Sequence record: MW570842.1
DNA length: 43,407 nt
Direction: 5' to 3' (one strand)
Origin: Mycobacterium phage phiT45-1
The position numbers and the translations under genes were made by a program. This document shows positions 36,155 through 43,407 of the stretch, one piece after another. The notes beneath the pieces were generated by a model. The model did not search any database. It saw only the letters and a program-made list of their open reading frames with translations, and was not told where the DNA came from. Numbering within the stretch: the first letter of the stretch is position 1; each line of letters opens with the position of its first letter.

Positions 36155-36679
36155 GTGATGCTCACCGAAGATCAACGCTGGCTGCTGCGGATGGTCGGCG
36201 GGTGGACGATGCGTGACTGCCTCATCGGTCCCGCAGGTGTCACCCGTTTGATGCAGTCCTGCTACGGCGGCACCCGCGTGCCCGCCGATAGATACCCGTC
36301 TCACATCAAGGGATTTGAGTGCGGACGCGGCAAGGTCGTATCGCGGGGTATACCCGTCGTCACCGTGACCACCGCGCAGCTGAACAAGTACGCGCGCTCC
36401 CTGCCGGCCGATCTTGTCGCCGAGATGCGCGAGTGCGCCGCCGCCGCGCAGCGCAACAACCTACTTCGCCACCAGTTCTGCCACTGCGGGAGCGATCCGT
36501 GCGGGTACGCGTACATGGGCGATCGCATCTGCCCGCCGACCGAGCAGCAGGAAGCCGACGCCAAGGCCGAGTTCTGGCGCTGTGAGGACTGGACAGAAGA
36601 CTTGCTCGACCGTGCGCTTGGGTTCACCACGGAGGAGGAGCTGGTCGGGCAGCTGGAGCTGTTCGGAGTCGGCGCATGA
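36155..36679 (+). CDS. hypothetical Cys-rich protein (174 aa)
   Basis: GTGATG start directly after a 16-bp palindrome. Confidence 0.5.
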   Translation: MMLTEDQRWLLRMVGGWTMRDCLIGPAGVTRLMQSCYGGTRVPADRYPSHIKGFECGRGKVVSRGIPVVTVTTAQLNKYARSLPADLVAEMRECAAAAQRNNLLRHQFCHCGSDPCGYAYMGDRICPPTEQQEADAKAEFWRCEDWTEDLLDRALGFTTEEELVGQLELFGVGA

Positions 36680-36879
36680 AGCACGCGTTTTGCGACAGGT
36701 GCGGGCGCTACTGCATCGTGCGCAACCACCGCGATTGCATGTGCCATGACTGCGAGCTGGGCATGAATTCCATAGCGGCGATGCTCAACCCGCGCTGGGC
36801 ACGACCGATGACTAGCAGCGAGATCCAGCTCGCCTATACCTGGCTGATGATCGAGCTCGGCTCGAAAGTGAGTGCGTGA
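36676..36879 (+). CDS. small Cys/His-rich (zinc-finger-like) protein (67 aa)
   Basis: CDRCGRYC...CMCHDC motif. ATGA overlap. Confidence 0.4.
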   Translation: MKHAFCDRCGRYCIVRNHRDCMCHDCELGMNSIAAMLNPRWARPMTSSEIQLAYTWLMIELGSKVSA

Positions 36880-37007
36880 TGGCCCGCACCCCCGAGAGCA
36901 CCAAGGCATACCAGTCCGGCCTATGCGTGGACTGCAAGACCGAGCCGCACAGCGCCGGTCGGCCGCGATGCGAGAAGTGCCATACGAAATTCAGAAGGGG
37001 TGAGTGA
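36879..37007 (+). CDS. small zinc-ribbon-like protein (42 aa)
   Basis: CVDC...CEKC motif. Overlaps both neighbours by 4 nt (TGATG / GTGA). Confidence 0.3.
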   Translation: MARTPESTKAYQSGLCVDCKTEPHSAGRPRCEKCHTKFRRGE

Positions 37008-38143
37008 TGGCCGATCCCACAATCCGCGTGCTGTCCCTCGGCGCTGGTGTCCAGTCGACGGTGCTGGCGCTCATGGCCTGCGACGGCACGCTGCCTGGTC
37101 TGGACGCAGCGGTGTTCGCCGATACCGGCTGGGAGCCACCCGCGGTCTATGAGCAGGTGGACCGGCTCGCCGCCGAGCTTGCCCGCGTAGACATTCCGTT
37201 GTACCGGGTCTCATCCGGCAACCTGCGCGCGGACACTCTGGACCCGGAAGCGCGATTCGTTTCGGTGCCATGGTTCACCTTGGCGCCCAAGGCTACCGAG
37301 GTGCCTGTTTATGGCGTATGCGCACCCTGCGGCGGCTCCGGCCGTGGACCATCTGACGAGCCTGATTCATGTTCGGTGTGCGGTGGCGACGGCCGTGGGT
37401 CGATCGTGGGCACCAGGCTAGCCACTGCCACTGAACGGCACGGCATGGGGCGCCGCCAGTGCACCAGCGAGTACAAGCTCAAGCCGATCAAGGTCAAGGT
37501 GCGCGAGCTGCTGGGCTACCCGCATCCGACACCGGTGCCGCGTGATGTGTTCGCCGAGCAGTGGATCGGCTTCTCTACCGACGAGATCCACCGCGTGCGC
37601 AACCGTTTGGACGTGAACTACTCCCGGCCGCGTTACCCGCTGCTCGATCTAGGCATGTCCCGCAAGGACTGCCAACGCTGGCTGGAGCGCGCGGGGTGGG
37701 GCCACACCGCCAAGAGTGCATGCATCGGGTGCCCGTTCCACGGCAATGCCCAGTGGCGGTACATGTACGAGCGGCGCGATATCTGCGCGACGTGTGGCCA
37801 TTCCCGCGATGACCATTGGCGCGGTTTCGACGAACCGAAGGCGTGCGCGCATCTGTACAACCGGGACCAGCCCGAAGAGATCGCCGATCTGTGCATGTGT
37901 AAGCGGTTCCACTCCCTCTGGGACGACGCGGTCGATTTCGACCGCCGCATCCGCAAGGGCGGCGCCTCGGCCAATCCACTCGACGGCGAGGCGTTCCTAC
38001 ACCGCTCACGAGTTCCGTTGGACCTGGCACCAATCGACCGCGTGACACGTGCCGAGTACGCCGACATGCAGCTCGACCTATTCGAGGACGGCGACCCGGA
38101 CGGCTGCTCACCGTACGGCTGCCGCAGCGGGGAGGTGGCGTGA
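37004..38143 (+). CDS. phosphoadenosine phosphosulfate (PAPS) reductase-family protein with Cys clusters (379 aa)
   Basis: N-terminal SLGAGVQST PP-loop (SGGxDS-like). Cys clusters CAPCGG...CSVCGG and CIGCPFHG...CATCGH. Confidence 0.65.
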   Translation: MMADPTIRVLSLGAGVQSTVLALMACDGTLPGLDAAVFADTGWEPPAVYEQVDRLAAELARVDIPLYRVSSGNLRADTLDPEARFVSVPWFTLAPKATEVPVYGVCAPCGGSGRGPSDEPDSCSVCGGDGRGSIVGTRLATATERHGMGRRQCTSEYKLKPIKVKVRELLGYPHPTPVPRDVFAEQWIGFSTDEIHRVRNRLDVNYSRPRYPLLDLGMSRKDCQRWLERAGWGHTAKSACIGCPFHGNAQWRYMYERRDICATCGHSRDDHWRGFDEPKACAHLYNRDQPEEIADLCMCKRFHSLWDDAVDFDRRIRKGGASANPLDGEAFLHRSRVPLDLAPIDRVTRAEYADMQLDLFEDGDPDGCSPYGCRSGEVA

Positions 38144-38499
38144 TGCCCATCCGCCCCGAGAACCGCGACCGCTACCCCAAGGACTGGCCCGAGATCTCGC
38201 GCCGCATCCGGTTCGAGCGCGCGCAAGGCCGCTGTGAGTGCGAGGGCGAGTGCCTACGGGGTACACACCTCGACCGCTGCACGAACGTCAACGGACAGCC
38301 CGCATACGGCACCGGCAGCCGCGTCGTGCTGACCGTGGCGCACCTGAACCACACACCCGAGGACTGCCGCGATGAGAACCTGCGCGCGATGTGCAACGGG
38401 TGCCATCTCCACTACGACAGAGAACATCACGCAATGACACGAGCGCAGACGCGCCGCCGAAAGCAACTCGACGCCGGTCAGATGGAGCTAGCGATATGA
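38140..38499 (+). CDS. HNH endonuclease (119 aa)
   Basis: CECEGEC...VAHLNH...N....CNGCHLHYD is an HNH/His-Me finger motif. Confidence 0.65.
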   Translation: MMPIRPENRDRYPKDWPEISRRIRFERAQGRCECEGECLRGTHLDRCTNVNGQPAYGTGSRVVLTVAHLNHTPEDCRDENLRAMCNGCHLHYDREHHAMTRAQTRRRKQLDAGQMELAI

Positions 38500-39074
38500 C
38501 GAGGCTGGACGAATTGATCACCACCGAGCAGGCGGCAGCGATTGAAACACTGCGTTCAACGCTTGGAGTCGATCCAGCGGCCGATCCGAAATTCTGGGAG
38601 TGCTTGCTCGCGCAGATACTTTCCGGCGTGACGACTGCCGCGAGCGCGGCGCATGACATCGATCTCGCCGGGATTGGGGTCGAAGTCAAATTCTCACGCG
38701 AGTTCTCAATGGTGTTGGGAGACAACCGGCGGTCCAACGTATTTCGGTGGACCGCTCTGTCTGGCCATGGGGACACGCCCAAGGATGCATCATCGACGAT
38801 TCTGGTCGGGCTGGATCGGTCCCGGTGCGTGTGGTTCTGGGTCATCCCGGCCGAGGCGCTCTGCGGGACACGCACCGTTACGTGCGTTGTGCCCTCTGAC
38901 CGTCGTGGCACCGACCGTTCGGCGCTGAGTGGATACGCGTGCGACACAAGCGACTTGCTAGCGCGGGTCCTGCACTACGACCTAGAGCACCACGCGCAGA
39001 CGCGCCAGCGGGCCCGCACGGCGGCTCTTGAGGCACAGATGGACCCGATGTTCGGCCCCGAGATTTTGGGGTGA
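38496..39074 (+). CDS. hypothetical protein (192 aa)
   Basis: Internal ATG of track ORF 38391..39074 overlapping the upstream stop. Confidence 0.45.
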   Translation: MTRLDELITTEQAAAIETLRSTLGVDPAADPKFWECLLAQILSGVTTAASAAHDIDLAGIGVEVKFSREFSMVLGDNRRSNVFRWTALSGHGDTPKDASSTILVGLDRSRCVWFWVIPAEALCGTRTVTCVVPSDRRGTDRSALSGYACDTSDLLARVLHYDLEHHAQTRQRARTAALEAQMDPMFGPEILG

Positions 39075-39135
39075 GAAGGAGTGCCGAACGTGCCGCAGTC
39101 TGAATACGTGCACGCGAATCAGAGAGAGGAACACC

Positions 39136-40065
39136 GTGGCTAACTCGGCCGGAATGCTCAAGGAATCAATCTGGCGCGACGGCCATTTCCGAGCGCTCTC
39201 GCGGACTGCGCAATGCACCTACGCGCAGCTGCTCAGTCAGAAGGATCTCGACCGCGCCGGGATGCAACCGCTCCAAATCACCAAGTGGGCCAAGGGATGC
39301 GACGAGATGTCTGTCGACGACCTGGAGACCGATCTCCGCGAGCTGGAGCGTGAACGGTTCGTGTTCTTTGACGAGGACACAGACGAGTTGTTCATCCGCG
39401 CCTACATGCGCACCACTGAGGTCACCCGGTATCCGCAGTACCTCAAGAGCGCCTTGAAATGCGCCGTCATGGTGGCCTCGCCCAAGCTGCGCCATGAGCT
39501 GGCGGTCGAGCTACGTCGCCTGCGCAAGCCCGAGGCGACCAAGGTCGCCGATGAGATTGACCCGTCTGACCCTGACCCCGATGACACCGTGACGGAACCG
39601 TGCGAGAACCCTGACGGCACCGTGCCCGAAGGGTGCGAGAACCCTGCCGGAACCGTGAACCCTGACGGCACCCTGCCCGAACCCTCTAGGGAAAGGGTAA
39701 GGGTAGGGGTAAGGGAACTTACGTTGGTAAGTACTCAAGTTGGGGAGCGCTGCGCGCCGCCCCCCGAGTTCTGCCCCAAGCATCCTGGCGGCACCGAGGA
39801 CCCGTGCCGCGCCTGCCAGCGCTACCGGGAGCAGTACTCCCAGTGGGCCGCAGACGACGCGGCTCTCGCCGCCGCCGAGCAGCGCGCACAACACCGGGGC
39901 GAGCGAGATGCCAAGCGCCAGGCAATCGCCGCGTGCCGCCTGTGCGACCAGGACGGCTACAACGGCCTCTCCGTCTGCGATCACGTCGACCGCTCGGCCA
40001 CCGCCAAAGCCGGACTCGCCAGAGCCCGCGCAGCGCTCGAAAATCCCCCCGCCGCGACCGGATAG
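39136..40065 (+). CDS. hypothetical protein with internal acidic tandem repeat and Cys cluster (about 309 aa)
   Basis: GTG with GAGAGAGGAA SD. The alternative start is the ATG at about 39172. Contains ENPDGTVPEGC/ENPAGTVNPDGTLPEP repeats and a CRLCDQDGY..C.HVD motif. Confidence 0.45.
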   Translation: MANSAGMLKESIWRDGHFRALSRTAQCTYAQLLSQKDLDRAGMQPLQITKWAKGCDEMSVDDLETDLRELERERFVFFDEDTDELFIRAYMRTTEVTRYPQYLKSALKCAVMVASPKLRHELAVELRRLRKPEATKVADEIDPSDPDPDDTVTEPCENPDGTVPEGCENPAGTVNPDGTLPEPSRERVRVGVRELTLVSTQVGERCAPPPEFCPKHPGGTEDPCRACQRYREQYSQWAADDAALAAAEQRAQHRGERDAKRQAIAACRLCDQDGYNGLSVCDHVDRSATAKAGLARARAALENPPAATG

Positions 40066-40134
40066 TCACCAACCCCCTGAAATCCCGCCAGCGTTCAACT
40101 CAGCCCCAGGAATCGATATGCGAACGGAGACACG

Positions 40135-40434
40135 ATGACCCAGAAATCGGACCCCGAGTGGTTTACCTGCCCCGGGCTGACCGACGGCGCTCGCGTGGCC
40201 GTGCTGCTCGACGACGGCACGCTGGCCGAGGGCTACTGGCACGACGGCGCGGTACACGACGAGCCGCGCAAGCCAGCTCGCCCACCCGCGCCCTGGCGCA
40301 TCCACAAGCGCACCGACGGATGGACTCGCTGGACCATCTGCAAGCAACACGCACTCGACGAGTGCGAGCCGTGGTGCTATTTCGAGACCAGCACCGAAGC
40401 ATTCGCCGCGTTCGCTGCCGGGTGTGCGCGATGA
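40135..40434 (+). CDS. hypothetical protein (99 aa)
   Basis: ORF with high third-position GC. Confidence 0.45.
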   Translation: MTQKSDPEWFTCPGLTDGARVAVLLDDGTLAEGYWHDGAVHDEPRKPARPPAPWRIHKRTDGWTRWTICKQHALDECEPWCYFETSTEAFAAFAAGCAR

Positions 40435-40763
40435 GCGAGCTACGTAACGACTGGCGGCTCCCCGATCCCCCGGACCTGTCCGGATGGCACGACGTGGGCC
40501 GAATCGTCAATGGCATCAATCCCGCGTTGCCCGATCTGGATCCACGGATCACGCTGTCAGCCCAGCTGCACCGACGAGTCAAGTTCACCAACGATGAGGT
40601 CTATCTAGACCATCTGGCCTCGCTCTTCTACCGCGATGTGGATCTCGCATCGTTCGAGTGGAGTGACGAGATGCGGAAACTGCCAGGGCAATTCGATGAC
40701 CGACCACACTTCGGCGATTCACGCGCTCGCCGGATTATCAGTGAAGCGCTGGCCGGCCAATGA
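40431..40763 (+). CDS. hypothetical protein (110 aa)
   Basis: In-frame ATG of track ORF 39804..40763 overlapping the upstream stop. Confidence 0.45.
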   Translation: MSELRNDWRLPDPPDLSGWHDVGRIVNGINPALPDLDPRITLSAQLHRRVKFTNDEVYLDHLASLFYRDVDLASFEWSDEMRKLPGQFDDRPHFGDSRARRIISEALAGQ

Positions 40764-40909
40764 AGCACGGCGACGCAGAGCGCATATGGCAGATGTGCCT
40801 AGACCTCGGGCTGGCGGTGCAGCCCTGGCAGCGCGCACTCCTTGACCACTACGAGCAGCGGGACATCGATGCCCAATTCGACCAGATAGCAAGGAGCTTC
40901 ACCGAATGA
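40760..40909 (+). CDS. small hypothetical protein (49 aa)
   Basis: ATGA overlaps at both ends. Carries the AAGGAGC SD for the downstream gene. Confidence 0.3.
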   Translation: MKHGDAERIWQMCLDLGLAVQPWQRALLDHYEQRDIDAQFDQIARSFTE

Positions 40910-42093
40910 CCAAGTGCAAGCGCTGCGACCGCGCTACCGAGCTGTTCGTGTGCAAGGCGTGCGTGAGCGAGCTGCGCGACCGTCTGCGCGCGCTGCCCTG
41001 GTGGCTCGATCGACTCACCGAGACCGCCGTCGGGCAAGCCAGACTCAGCCCCAGTGGTCGCGGCGGGCGCCGTCGGGTGCTACACGGCGACGACACGCTC
41101 GTGAGCCACGTTGAACCGTTCCCCCGCGACAAGGACAGCGCACCAACCGAAAAGGACCACCAGGAGCGCCACCAGGCCGCCCTATGGCACGCGCTGGCAC
41201 TCGGCCGAGCCAACGGGCACGCCAGCGACGAGCTGGACCGCATCGGCAACGCGCTCTCGACGACCATCCGCGACATGTGCGAGACGCGCGGGCTGCAAGT
41301 ACCCGAGTTCCGCACGCAGCCAAACCCCGCGCCCGCCAACGATCCCGAGCCCGCACGGGCGTACGTGCCCGATGCAACGACCGCTGCACTGCCGGACGCC
41401 TGCGCACGGTGCTATGTCGCGCTGCCTACGTCCGCGACCGGCGCCCTGTGCGACGACTGCGACGGGGCACCAGAGCTGCGCACACCCGAGCCGTCGGCGG
41501 CCACCTTGCAGGCGACGTACACCGGCAAGCGCGGCGAGGACACACTGCCGGTGACCACCCTGGCGCGCATGGCCAAATGGCTGTACCGGCACGCTGACGA
41601 CGTGGCCCTGCAAGAGAACGCCGCCGAGATCTGCGATGAGATCGAGCGCGTGTTCCGCTCTGCCACCCGCGTGGTCAATCGCCCGCCGGAGCCGATGACC
41701 ATCGGGCCGTGCATCACCGACCCCGCACCCGAGGCTGTCCTCAAGGAACGAACCGAGCAGGGCGACAGGACGACCCGATGCGGATATGCGCTCACCGCGC
41801 CGCACCAGAGCAACCAGATCGTGTGCCCACGGTGCGGCGTCGGGCACGTAGTGGCCGACGTGCTGGCACACAACCTCGGCGAGCTCGACGACCGCAACGC
41901 CACCGTGCGCGAGCTGGTGGACGTGGTGCTGCCCCGCCTCGATGAGCACGTACCGCAGCGCACCATCGAACGGTGGATCCAAAACGGGCATGTGCCGGTT
42001 CGCGGCCATGACACCCACGGTCACCAGATGGTTCGCATTGGCGATGTCCGGCGAGTGCGCGCACAGCGACCGCGACACGCAAAGCGTGCCTGA
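40906..42093 (+). CDS. Cys-rich protein with C-terminal MerR-like helix-turn-helix (395 aa)
   Basis: N-terminal CKRCDR...CKAC and further CxxC pairs. C-terminal TIERWIQNGHVPVRGHDTHGHQMVRIGDVRRV is HTH-like. Followed by a hairpin terminator. Confidence 0.5.
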   Translation: MTKCKRCDRATELFVCKACVSELRDRLRALPWWLDRLTETAVGQARLSPSGRGGRRRVLHGDDTLVSHVEPFPRDKDSAPTEKDHQERHQAALWHALALGRANGHASDELDRIGNALSTTIRDMCETRGLQVPEFRTQPNPAPANDPEPARAYVPDATTAALPDACARCYVALPTSATGALCDDCDGAPELRTPEPSAATLQATYTGKRGEDTLPVTTLARMAKWLYRHADDVALQENAAEICDEIERVFRSATRVVNRPPEPMTIGPCITDPAPEAVLKERTEQGDRTTRCGYALTAPHQSNQIVCPRCGVGHVVADVLAHNLGELDDRNATVRELVDVVLPRLDEHVPQRTIERWIQNGHVPVRGHDTHGHQMVRIGDVRRVRAQRPRHAKRA

Positions 42094-42163
42094 CCAGCGA
42101 CGATGCGAGCGTGTGGCAAAATGGCGCTCAACATGCCAGTAGGTGAGCTGTATCTACTGCATG

Positions 42164-42188
42164 AAACCCCCGGCCTAGCTGGGGGTTT
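42164..42188 (+). terminator. stem-loop (AAACCCCC...GGGGGTTT) followed by T-containing tract
   Basis: 8-bp GC stem directly downstream of 40906..42093, at the start of a 270-bp non-coding gap. Confidence 0.45.
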
Positions 42189-42365
42189 CGTCGTATCAGG
42201 GGTCAGCACATCACGCCCTGATAGCTGGTTCTGTAGCTCAAGAGGTTAGAGCGGGTGAACAAGTCCCCGGTGGAAACGTACGACACAAGTTCCGGGTGGA
42301 AACCAAGATGCGGGATCATGGCCCGCCAGAGCCCCTATGTCAGGCCCTCGGCGTAGAACTACCCG

Positions 42366-42770
42366 ATGGACGCGCGCAAGGCTATACGCGAGGTCATCGA
42401 GGCCATCCCGAGCCTGTTTGGCCATACCCGCAAGACGACCATCGGCGCCGAAGGCGCCACCGAGACCGTCATCTACACACAAGCGCAGGTGGCCGACCTC
42501 ATCGCCTCGGTGCTCCCCGATGCCCTCAAGACCAAGGGTCACATGGTGATCGCACTACCCGAGGTCGAGTCCTACGAGTCCGGCCGGCGCTACGTCCGAG
42601 TACCCATCACCGCGCAGCCATGGTCTGACGGCACCGTGCCCATCAGTCCACACGGTGACGCGGTGGCCATCCGCAACGTGCCCGACAAGCTGCCCATGCA
42701 GGACGTGCCAGCGCTGGCCTCGGCGCTCATGGCCGCCTACTGCACATGGCACCGAACGCGACCGGTCTAG
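42366..42770 (+). CDS. hypothetical protein (134 aa)
   Basis: ORF after the intergenic gap with high third-position GC. Confidence 0.45.
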   Translation: MDARKAIREVIEAIPSLFGHTRKTTIGAEGATETVIYTQAQVADLIASVLPDALKTKGHMVIALPEVESYESGRRYVRVPITAQPWSDGTVPISPHGDAVAIRNVPDKLPMQDVPALASALMAAYCTWHRTRPV

Positions 42771-42979
42771 CTGCCACCCTGCTTGCGCTCCAACATCGCG
42801 CGTATCAGCCCCAGCTCGGCACTGATGGACAGCAACGCCTGTACCTTCGCGTACTCCAGATGCCGCTCGCCGTCCGGATGGTCAGCGGCATCCCGCGAGA
42901 AGATCGCCGATGCACCGCCATTGAGGCGGCTCCACGCCTCGGCCCTGAGATCTTCAATGTCGGATGGCTTCATTGTCAT
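42767..42979 (-). CDS. hypothetical protein (70 aa)
   Basis: Convergent with 42366..42770, sharing a CTAG overlap. Better amino-acid composition than the overlapping + ORF 42746..42994. Confidence 0.3.
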   Translation of the reverse strand: MTMKPSDIEDLRAEAWSRLNGGASAIFSRDAADHPDGERHLEYAKVQALLSISAELGLIRAMLERKQGGS

Positions 42980-42987
42980 GAGCTGGG

Positions 42988-43290
42988 ATGGTAGGCGACA
43001 ACCCGATGAGCAACCTGCGCAACGGCAGTCTTGAGCGCAAGGTCAAGCGTGAGTTCCGGCAGCGGTGCAAGGCCATCCGCGCGGTGTGCTGGCTGTGTCG
43101 TCAGCCCATCGACTACGCCGCCGCGCCGCAGACCCCCGAGGCGTTCGAGCCCGACCACTACCAACCCGTCGAGAGCCATCCTCACCTCGCCTACGACATG
43201 ACCAACCTTCGGCCCTCTCACTGCCGGTGCAACCGAGCACGGCAGGACACACCGCCTGAGCAGCGGAGATGGGTCCAACCCGACTGGTGA
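42988..43290 (+). CDS. HNH endonuclease (100 aa), terminase-associated position at genome right end
   Basis: CWLC...EPDHYQPV..HPHLAYDMTNLRPSHCRCN is an HNH motif. It is the last gene before the presumed cos site. The alternative start is the ATG at about 43006. Confidence 0.65.
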   Translation: MVGDNPMSNLRNGSLERKVKREFRQRCKAIRAVCWLCRQPIDYAAAPQTPEAFEPDHYQPVESHPHLAYDMTNLRPSHCRCNRARQDTPPEQRRWVQPDW

Positions 43291-43407
43291 GCGGTGTTTG
43301 CAGAGCGCATAACCGCAGGTCAGAGAGTTAGCTGCCGGATGCAAAACCCCTGGTAGGGAGGGGGGTTCGATTCTCTGCAAACGAGCTGGCAGGCGACTCC
43401 GCGGTAA

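Noticed and set aside
36009-36158. 49-codon ORF (MDDDYPLGEYLDVMPCRH...) in the 36.0-36.15 kb gap
   Set aside because: A/T-ending codons unlike the rest of the genome and no SD. The region is more likely non-coding and regulatory.
42225-42300. tRNA-like D-arm sequence TAGCTCAAGAGGTTAGAGC in the 270-bp gap after the terminator
   Set aside because: No matching acceptor-stem 3' partner (CAGAACC), no anticodon stem and no T-arm could be folded. Likely a chance resemblance. A tRNAscan run would settle it.
42746-42994. + strand ORF (82 aa) overlapping - strand 42767..42979
   Set aside because: Odd composition and no SD. The - strand ORF reads as a more plausible protein. Neither can be settled without comparative data.
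43355-43385. T-loop-like GGGGGTTCGATTC near the right end (possible tRNA 3' fragment or att core)
   Set aside because: The flanking bases do not form the 5-bp T-stem (GGGGG vs CTCTG). It is better explained as part of the terminal 10-bp inverted repeat.
1-43407. CRISPR arrays, rRNA or full tRNA genes
   Set aside because: No regularly spaced direct repeats of 25-40 bp and no cloverleaf-compatible sequences were seen on manual inspection.

Overview
The window appears to be a complete or nearly complete genome of a temperate, high-GC siphovirus of the actinobacteriophage / mycobacteriophage type, about 43.4 kb, with genes packed tightly and often sharing ATGA/GTGA overlaps. Left arm (1-21.3 kb, + strand): small and large terminase, portal, HK97-type prohead protease, major capsid, head-tail connectors, major tail protein, tail assembly chaperones with a -1 programmed frameshift (slip site GGGAAAC), a 1288-aa tape measure protein and a block of minor tail genes, including a collagen-like protein and a Gly-rich protein with tandem repeats. 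Lysis cassette (21.7-24.3 kb): small membrane protein, lysin A (M15 peptidase only), lysin B (PG-binding domain plus esterase), holin and a further membrane protein. A strong bidirectional terminator follows. Leftward-transcribed block (24.3-28.2 kb, - strand): a WXG100 (ESAT-6-like) protein, then a 437-aa protein with an N-terminal WXG-like domain and a C-terminal NlpC/P60 peptidase domain, then a translationally coupled lipoprotein. This looks like an ESX/type VII-associated polymorphic toxin-immunity cassette, and it sits next to a tyrosine integrase and an XRE-type repressor. Rightward early region (28.3-43.3 kb, + strand): Cro-like protein, Bro-N/KilA-C antirepressor, membrane protein, RecE-like exonuclease and RecT recombinase, DUF2303-like protein, PAPS-reductase-like protein, HNH endonucleases and Cys-rich DNA-binding proteins. 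An HNH endonuclease lies at the extreme right end next to the presumed cos site. No rRNA, tRNA or CRISPR array was found. Coordinates derived by hand, that is small ORFs absent from the ORF track and all regulatory elements, may be off by 1-2 nt. All family assignments rest on motif recognition by eye and need HMM or BLAST confirmation.
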